DNA of 42,126 nt. Source: a virus (Duplodnaviria; Heunggongvirae; Uroviricota; Caudoviricetes). The stretch lies in the IMG/VR virus record IMGVR_UViG_2541047766_000003; one strand, given 5' to 3'. The translations under genes and the position numbers were made by a program. Below the pieces are notes generated by a model. The model ran no database searches. It saw nothing but the letters and a program-made list of their open reading frames with translations, and was not told the origin of the DNA. Positions 36,443 through 42,126 of this stretch are shown here, one piece after another. Position 1 is the stretch's first letter; every line of letters begins with the position of its first letter.

Positions 36443-37027
36443 ATGAAAAGTATCCAGGACGTCCGCAGGCAAAATCTCAACGACTTGATCGACCGTGAAT
36501 TCAATGGTGTTCAGACGCGGATGGCTGAAAAACTTGGAACTCAGGCAAATCTGGTAAACCGCTGGGCTCTTGGCAAGAAGGTTATCGGCGACCAGGTTGC
36601 GCGAAAAATTGAAGCTGCCGCCAATAAACCCCGTAACTGGCTTGATATCGATCGCTCGCTTTCTCAGGAAGGTTTTCAGCCTGTCGGCCCAAGCGACATT
36701 GGTCAGCTGGCGGCTCACAACCTGGAACGCTGGATGAGCGAAAGCCGCGACCTTTCAACACAGGGAAAACTTCACCGCGCATCCGGCGTCGCCCAGGTGA
36801 CAATCAGCCGCCTGTTAAACAATGAGGTCAGCGTTTCCATTTCCACCCTGGAGAATGTTGCATCTGCATTCGGGCGTCACGGATATGAACTACTGATTCA
36901 CCCGCACGACCCTGCAACTATCAACTATGACCGCTCGCGCTACGCATTGTTACCTGAAACCGAGAAAGCAAAGATCGAAAGTTACATTGAATTTGTCATC
37001 AACCAGAACGAAAAAAACAAACAATAA
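36443..37027 (+). CDS. Prophage repressor, dual-HTH, without LexA-like peptidase domain
   Basis: Position between the divergent cro-like gene and the pL-side operon; two HTH-like segments; no Ala-Gly/Ser-Lys S24 signature. Confidence 0.7.
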   Translation: MKSIQDVRRQNLNDLIDREFNGVQTRMAEKLGTQANLVNRWALGKKVIGDQVARKIEAAANKPRNWLDIDRSLSQEGFQPVGPSDIGQLAAHNLERWMSESRDLSTQGKLHRASGVAQVTISRLLNNEVSVSISTLENVASAFGRHGYELLIHPHDPATINYDRSRYALLPETEKAKIESYIEFVINQNEKNKQ

Positions 37028-37048
37028 AATAATACTTTTCAGTAAGTA

Positions 37049-37072
37049 AGCCGCCTTCTGGCGGCTTTTTTA
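37049..37072 (+). terminator. Rho-independent terminator after the repressor gene
   Basis: agccgcc-ttct-ggcggct followed by tttttt. Confidence 0.7.
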
Positions 37073-37084
37073 TTGCCTATACTA

Positions 37085-37161
37085 TTACCTAATGGGTAAT
37101 TTTTTTAACTCATATCTATTGACATCAAACCAAATACGCATAATTATTACCTAAACGGTAA
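37085..37161 (+). promoter_or_regulatory. OL-like operators and pL-like promoter
   Basis: TTACC-TAATG-GGTAA (37085..37099), TTGACA at 37119..37124, TTACC-TAAAC-GGTAA (37147..37161) overlapping the -10/+1 region. Confidence 0.55.
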
Positions 37162-37180
37162 CAGACCGAGGTAACAAGTT

Positions 37181-37333
37181 ATGCAGTGGAAAATCATCAA
37201 CGGTTGGTACTGCGTTACTGCATGCGGATTCATGAGCTGGAAGTTCCGCACCTTACAGGAAGGCATTAAGTGGGCTTTCGTCAGCAAAGAAGCTCGCGAT
37301 GTGGCCAACGATAACGAGATATGGGAGGGCTGA
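37181..37333 (+). CDS. Small hypothetical protein (50 aa), first gene of the leftward-type early operon
   Basis: RBS gaggt then ATG; MQWKIINGWYCVTACGFMSWKF...; under the 60-aa track cutoff. Confidence 0.4.
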   Translation: MQWKIINGWYCVTACGFMSWKFRTLQEGIKWAFVSKEARDVANDNEIWEG

Positions 37334-37335
37334 TA

Positions 37336-37635
37336 ATGAACGTTAATCAGCAGAAAAATCTTCAAAAAATCATGCTGGCATTCGACAAGGACTACCGCCT
37401 GTCAGAACAGCTATATGACCGACAAGTTGAACTGATTGAGAGCATCCGACTTCATCAACTGTCCTCAACTTTCGACGTTGTAACAGGCAAAGGCGTTCGT
37501 CAGGAAGTACTGGAGGCTGCTAAAGACAGCCCTGAGTTCGAAGAACTGATGGATGCCTATCGGCGAGAGGCAATGGCAATTATCGCCCGCTGGGATCTGG
37601 CGGATCAGCTTGATGGACAGAGGGACGCGGCATGA
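37336..37635 (+). CDS. Hypothetical early protein
   Basis: RBS gggaggg; 99 aa. Confidence 0.5.
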   Translation: MNVNQQKNLQKIMLAFDKDYRLSEQLYDRQVELIESIRLHQLSSTFDVVTGKGVRQEVLEAAKDSPEFEELMDAYRREAMAIIARWDLADQLDGQRDAA

Positions 37636-38453
37636 AACCGGGAATTTATTTCGACATCAGCAACGAAGACTACCACGCCGGTGACGGCGTGAGTAAGTCG
37701 CAACTGGACATGGTTGCCAAGAATCCGGCGCTTCTTAAATGGGTTCAGGCAGCACCAGAAGACGAAGAGAAAAAGTCTGCACTGGATATGGGAACCGCAT
37801 TGCACTGTCTGCTTCTGGAGCCTGGAGAGTTCGACAAACGCTTCATTGTTTCACCGAAATTCGATCGTCGGACAAAACAAGGTAAAGCTGACGAAGAAGC
37901 ATTTCTTCGTGATGTGGCGGATATGGGTATTACGGTACTTGATGTCGAGCAGTGGCGAAAACTGGAGCTGATGCGTGATAGCGCAATGGCTCACCCGGCT
38001 GCACGCTGGATGCTGGAAGCACCTGGTTACTGCGAAGCATCAATGTACTGGAACGATGAAGAGACTGGTGAGTTGTGCCGCATTCGTCCAGACAAATGGC
38101 TGAACGAGCACAACGTGATCGTCGACGTGAAAAAGGTTGCAGATATGGACCGTTTTGCACGCCACATCGAGGAATTCCGCTACCACGTGCAGGACGCAAT
38201 GTACCGCGAAGGCGCAATGAAGGTTACTGGTCAGCCGCATGGTTTTTTCTTTCTTGCCGTGAGCGAAAGCATTGATTGTGGTCGGTATCCGGTACGCGTG
38301 TTCGAGCTGGATGCGCCGGATGTCGATGCCGGGCACGCTCTGTTCCGCCGGGATCTGAATACCTATCACGAATGCCGCATCAACGATGAGTGGGGCGGAG
38401 TGGAAATTATTAAACGCCCTGACTGGGCACGTAAACAGGATATGTACGTATGA
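37632..38453 (+). CDS. PD-(D/E)XK exonuclease, RecE C-terminal-domain-like
   Basis: ...GELCRIRPDKWLNEHNVIVDVKKVADM... and gene order directly upstream of recT. Confidence 0.75.
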   Translation: MKPGIYFDISNEDYHAGDGVSKSQLDMVAKNPALLKWVQAAPEDEEKKSALDMGTALHCLLLEPGEFDKRFIVSPKFDRRTKQGKADEEAFLRDVADMGITVLDVEQWRKLELMRDSAMAHPAARWMLEAPGYCEASMYWNDEETGELCRIRPDKWLNEHNVIVDVKKVADMDRFARHIEEFRYHVQDAMYREGAMKVTGQPHGFFFLAVSESIDCGRYPVRVFELDAPDVDAGHALFRRDLNTYHECRINDEWGGVEIIKRPDWARKQDMYV

Positions 38454-39331
38454 GCAATGATATCGCAATCACATCACAACCAGGCGCAACTGTAGGTACT
38501 GCTGCGGCAATCTTCAGCCCGGAGGGCATGAATCAACTGGTGCGTTTCGCGGAGTTGATGTCACAAAGCAAAGCGACTGTACCGAAACATCTTGAAGGCA
38601 AACCTGCCGATTGTCTGGCGGTGACCATGCAGGCGGCACAGTGGGGAATGAATCCTTTCGCCGTGGCGCAGAAAACGCATGTGGTAAACGGAACGTTAGG
38701 CTACGAAGCACAGTTGGTAAACGCGGTCGTATCCTCTTCCAGCCTGCTAGCGACACGCCTGAATTATCGCTGGAGCGGTGACTGGTCGAATGTTAACGGC
38801 AAAACAGATAAATCACCGAATCTGACGGTAACTGTGTCAGCAGTTCTTAAAGGAGAAGCAGAACCCCGTGAGCTTACCATCAGTATGGCGCAAGCCGGAG
38901 TGCGTAACTCTCCATTGTGGGAACAGGATCCGCGCCAGCAGCTTGCCTATCTTTGCACGAAACGATGGGCTCGCCTGCACGCTCCTGATGTACTTCTCGG
39001 TGTTTACACCCCTGACGAATTACAGGAAACGGCACCGCGCGTTGAGCGAGACATTACTCCGCAAACGACCACTGCTGCGGGAATGAACAGTCTGATCAAC
39101 GCTAAACCAGCGAAAAAGCCTGATGAGCAAACGCGTAAAGCGGATAGCCGTGATCCAGAAGAAATGCTGATGGCCTTTACCAGCGCAGCGATGAATTACA
39201 GCACTGTCTCCGAACTGGATAAGGCTTACAAATACATTGCACAAAAACTTTCAGATGATGAAGAACTGCTGGCAAAAGCCACCGACGTTTACAGCGTTCG
39301 TCGGGAAGAATTAAACGAAACATCTATGTAA
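38450..39331 (+). CDS. recT: RecT-family single-strand annealing recombinase
   Basis: ...GMNPFAVAQKTHVVNGTLGYEAQLVNAVV...; paired with the exonuclease. Confidence 0.85.
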   Translation: MSNDIAITSQPGATVGTAAAIFSPEGMNQLVRFAELMSQSKATVPKHLEGKPADCLAVTMQAAQWGMNPFAVAQKTHVVNGTLGYEAQLVNAVVSSSSLLATRLNYRWSGDWSNVNGKTDKSPNLTVTVSAVLKGEAEPRELTISMAQAGVRNSPLWEQDPRQQLAYLCTKRWARLHAPDVLLGVYTPDELQETAPRVERDITPQTTTAAGMNSLINAKPAKKPDEQTRKADSRDPEEMLMAFTSAAMNYSTVSELDKAYKYIAQKLSDDEELLAKATDVYSVRREELNETSM

Positions 39332-39380
39332 CCACCACCGCGGCGCCACGCGCGCCGCACTGCAACCAAGAGAGGTATTT

Positions 39381-39629
39381 ATGAAAGGTGCATTAGGTAA
39401 GAAGGAACTCCTGGCGGTGGTGCCACTGTCATGGAGCACTATCGACCGTATGGAGCGCGCAGGGGAATTTCCTAAACGCTGGTATATCACTGACAAACGC
39501 TGCGCATGGAACCGTGATGAAGTTGAGCGTTGGCTTGATGAACGTCAGGCAGCAAGCCCGGCAGAGTTCCAGGGTAAAAAACCTCCTGTTCAGCAACGTG
39601 TATATCGTCCTGTGAGCAACGCTGCATGA
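39381..39629 (+). CDS. AlpA/Xis-like excisionase
   Basis: 82-aa HTH protein (LSWSTIDRMERAGEFPKRWYITDKRCAWNRDEVERWL) next to the integrase. Confidence 0.65.
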   Translation: MKGALGKKELLAVVPLSWSTIDRMERAGEFPKRWYITDKRCAWNRDEVERWLDERQAASPAEFQGKKPPVQQRVYRPVSNAA

Positions 39630-39738
39630 GTGCGCTGCTAAGGCACTGGAGCAAATGGTCAGGCTGGTACTTATTCCTGGCCTCTGTTTCAGCATGGCTT
39701 TATCTGCTGGCATTAATTTTCAGAGAGGGTTGGATTAA

Positions 39739-40038
39739 GTGAGAAAGTTAAGCCGACTTGAAAAATATCACATGAATAAGGTTTCAATGCGCAGTCCGTC
39801 AAAGATTGTCGCCGTTACTCCTGCGGCGATAGAGATCGAAAAACGCGCGATTGAAAGAGAGAAAAAAGGGCAATTCCGCATTGCCGCTCACCTTTGGCTT
39901 CAGTGTATGGATGTTGCTTCTGGTGATGTTGAACGTGCAAGGATCGCGGTTCGCAGGGACCAATGTATCACAAAAGGTAACGGCCTTCGCCGTGGCGACT
40001 ATAGCGGCATAGGATGTTGTGGGGTGGTTTATGACTAA
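39739..40038 (+). CDS. Hypothetical protein
   Basis: 99-aa ORF; start may be the internal Met at 39772. Confidence 0.4.
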   Translation: MRKLSRLEKYHMNKVSMRSPSKIVAVTPAAIEIEKRAIEREKKGQFRIAAHLWLQCMDVASGDVERARIAVRRDQCITKGNGLRRGDYSGIGCCGVVYD

Positions 40039-40681
40039 GAAATACACACTAATCTATGCAGATCCACCCTGGGTATACCGGGACAAAGCCGCAGATGGTA
40101 ATCGCGGTGCCTGTTTTAAATATCCAGTTATGAGTGTGCTGGATATCTGCCGCCTTCCTGTGTGGGATTTGACCGCTGAAAACTGTCTGTTGGCCATGTG
40201 GTGGGTGCCAACACAACCACTCGAAGCACTAAAAGTTGTTGAAGCCTGGGGATTCCGTCTGATGACCATGAAGGGCTTCACGTGGATAAAATGTGGTAGT
40301 CGACAACCAGATAAACTGGTTATGGGTATGGGACACATGACTCGCGCCAATAGTGAAGATTGCCTGTTTGCGGTAAAGGGAAAACTACCTACGCGCATTA
40401 ATGCAGGGATCGTTCAGTCATTTACCGCACCGCGGCTTGAGCATTCAAGAAAACCAGATATCGTTCGTGAAAAACTTGTGCAATTGTTAGGCGATGTTTC
40501 TCGCATTGAACTGTTCGCCCGCCAGACGTCTCATGGCTTCGATGTTTGGGGTAATCAGTGTGAAGACCCGGCAGTGCAACTACACCCCGGATACGCGTTG
40601 GATATTGGCGGATTAACAAATGCATTCAGCAATTCTCCGCTGTCACCAACAGACAACCAGGGACGGGAGCGTGCAGCATGA
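40031..40681 (+). CDS. MT-A70-family DNA adenine methyltransferase
   Basis: DPPW motif (LIYADPPWVY) and MT-A70-like core; start set at the internal Met. Confidence 0.8.
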   Translation: MTKKYTLIYADPPWVYRDKAADGNRGACFKYPVMSVLDICRLPVWDLTAENCLLAMWWVPTQPLEALKVVEAWGFRLMTMKGFTWIKCGSRQPDKLVMGMGHMTRANSEDCLFAVKGKLPTRINAGIVQSFTAPRLEHSRKPDIVREKLVQLLGDVSRIELFARQTSHGFDVWGNQCEDPAVQLHPGYALDIGGLTNAFSNSPLSPTDNQGRERAA

Positions 40682-40872
40682 ACAGGGCATCACCAGCAGA
40701 TTTAAGGAAATGCCTTGAAACTGCAAACATGCTTGCACACAGCGGGATCAGGTTTGTTCCAATTCCCGCTGTCACTGATGCTGAATTTGCAACACTGTCA
40801 GCAATATTCGCAGATAAAATTGAATCACTGGCAGCAGAAGCAGAGATGGAAGAAAATCAGCAGAACTATTAA
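40678..40872 (+). CDS. Small phage protein (DUF1382-like?)
   Basis: 64-aa ORF with 4-nt overlap to the methyltransferase gene. Confidence 0.5.
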   Translation: MNRASPADLRKCLETANMLAHSGIRFVPIPAVTDAEFATLSAIFADKIESLAAEAEMEENQQNY

Positions 40873-40875
40873 ACG

Positions 40876-42126
40876 TTATTCCCCCGCCATCCACTTCTCA
40901 AACTTCGACGGGGAGAACGGAATCAGATCCGTATGCTCCCCGTTAATCCAGGAATCAATCATATCGGCCCACTGCTGCAACATGTAGGCGCGCTGTCTGG
41001 CGTATTCCGCTTTGTTATATACGGCGCGCACACCTTTCTGCTCATGTGCCAGAGCCTTTTCAATCCAGTCTGAAGGATAACCAGCCTCATGCAACAACGT
41101 ACTGGCTGTACGGCGCATATCGTGTACGGTGAAGTCCTGAATATGCTCACCATCTTCATTTATTATTTTCACCGTTCTGTCGATCAGAGAGTTCAGCGCG
41201 GCATTAGATAATGGCTTCCGGAAATTGTAACGACCAGGAACCAGATATTCACTTCCACCAGCGCACATCTGCAACCCGACCAATATATCCTGTGCCTGTT
41301 TAGGCAGGTAAATAACGTGCGCCCGGCTTCCCTTCATGCGGTCTGGAGGAATTGTCCATGTCCATTTTTTAAAATCTATTTCATCCCACGTTGCATTGGT
41401 GAATTCGCCCTTACGAACCATAGTGATAAGCACCAGTTTTAAAGCCATTTTCATAGTGCCCATAGCACCAATGGCATCCAGCGTGCGGAAGAACATGCCA
41501 ATTTCTTCTGGTGTCAGTGTTCGCTCTCGTGGTTTAAATATGGCGATAGACGAAGGTTTAATGTCAGCCGCAGGATTAAACAAACCATGACCACGGTCAT
41601 TGGCGTGACGGTATACGCTGCTGATGATCTCTCTGGCCTGTACTGCTGTTGCCCGACCACCGCGTTCGACAATCCGGTCACACAAATCACGAACCATCGA
41701 TGTGGTAATTTCAGCCATCATTTTGTTGCCAAGAACCGGAAGTATGTCACGGTCGATCACCGCCTGCTTCATTGCGCGGGTACTGTCAGCCAGGATGACG
41801 TGTTTCATATAACTGTCGGTATGTACCGCAAACGTCTCGGCACCACGAATCTTTTTGATACCGTCACGTTTAGCCGCAGCCGGTGACTGGCCTGCTTTAA
41901 GCAGCTTCTTTGCAGCAATCAGTTCTTCTCGCGCTTCTGCCAGGCTGATACCGTCACGCCCATACTGCCCGATTACCAGTGTTTCGCGGCGACCGTTGAT
42001 ACGGTAGTCATAGCGAAACGAGACCGTGCCTGACGTAAGCACAGCTACATACAGCCCGTCACGATCGGAGACCTTGTACAGTTTGTCCTGCGGCTTGAGG
42101 TTTTTTAATTTTGTATCGGTAAGCAC
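40876..42126 (-). CDS. int: Tyrosine integrase (P4-like); N-terminus at the window edge
   Basis: N-terminal DUF4102-like (LTDTKLKNLKPQDKLYKVSDRDGLY), C-terminal catalytic ...HDMRRTASTLL...; GTG at the last three bases of the window, so the true start may lie just outside. Confidence 0.9.
   Translation of the reverse strand: MLTDTKLKNLKPQDKLYKVSDRDGLYVAVLTSGTVSFRYDYRINGRRETLVIGQYGRDGISLAEAREELIAAKKLLKAGQSPAAAKRDGIKKIRGAETFAVHTDSYMKHVILADSTRAMKQAVIDRDILPVLGNKMMAEITTSMVRDLCDRIVERGGRATAVQAREIISSVYRHANDRGHGLFNPAADIKPSSIAIFKPRERTLTPEEIGMFFRTLDAIGAMGTMKMALKLVLITMVRKGEFTNATWDEIDFKKWTWTIPPDRMKGSRAHVIYLPKQAQDILVGLQMCAGGSEYLVPGRYNFRKPLSNAALNSLIDRTVKIINEDGEHIQDFTVHDMRRTASTLLHEAGYPSDWIEKALAHEQKGVRAVYNKAEYARQRAYMLQQWADMIDSWINGEHTDLIPFSPSKFEKWMAGE

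Noticed and set aside
1-42126. CRISPR array
   Set aside because: No regularly spaced direct repeats with unique spacers; the only tandem repeats are ori iterons and short promoter-region repeats.

Overview
Most of this window (about 1.9 kb to the right edge) is a temperate prophage; the left ~1.1 kb holds two probable host genes and an IS200 copy sits at or near the prophage boundary. The prophage reads, right to left on the minus strand: tyrosine integrase at the window edge, an immunity switch (dual-HTH repressor, divergent Cro-like gene), replication genes with in-gene iterons, small early genes, terminase, a T7/epsilon15-like podovirus structural module, an accessory island, tailspike and a lysis cassette. 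The RecE/RecT-like recombination genes, excisionase and MT-A70 methyltransferase run rightward on the plus strand from the immunity region. The GH19 endolysin and structural layout resemble epsilon15/SPN1S-type phages of Salmonella/E. coli, as recalled from memory and not searched. The most interesting signals are regulatory: a 15-bp palindrome TTACC-N5-GGTAA forms the operators beside the repressor and recurs at nine or more other intergenic promoter-like sites, and a near-consensus LexA box sits in front of a small gene homologous to the C-terminal domain of a nearby Bro-N antirepressor-like protein. Together with a repressor that lacks a LexA-type peptidase domain, this suggests SOS-triggered antirepression. 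Other points: a perfect 12-bp palindrome GTGACATGTCAC present three times at module junctions, an AT-rich two-gene accessory operon of unknown function, a plus-strand tRNA-Arg(UCU)/Gp49-like islet inside the late operon, and a structured 270-nt leader before the Bro-N gene. All functional calls are from reading the translations and sequence; no database search was run.
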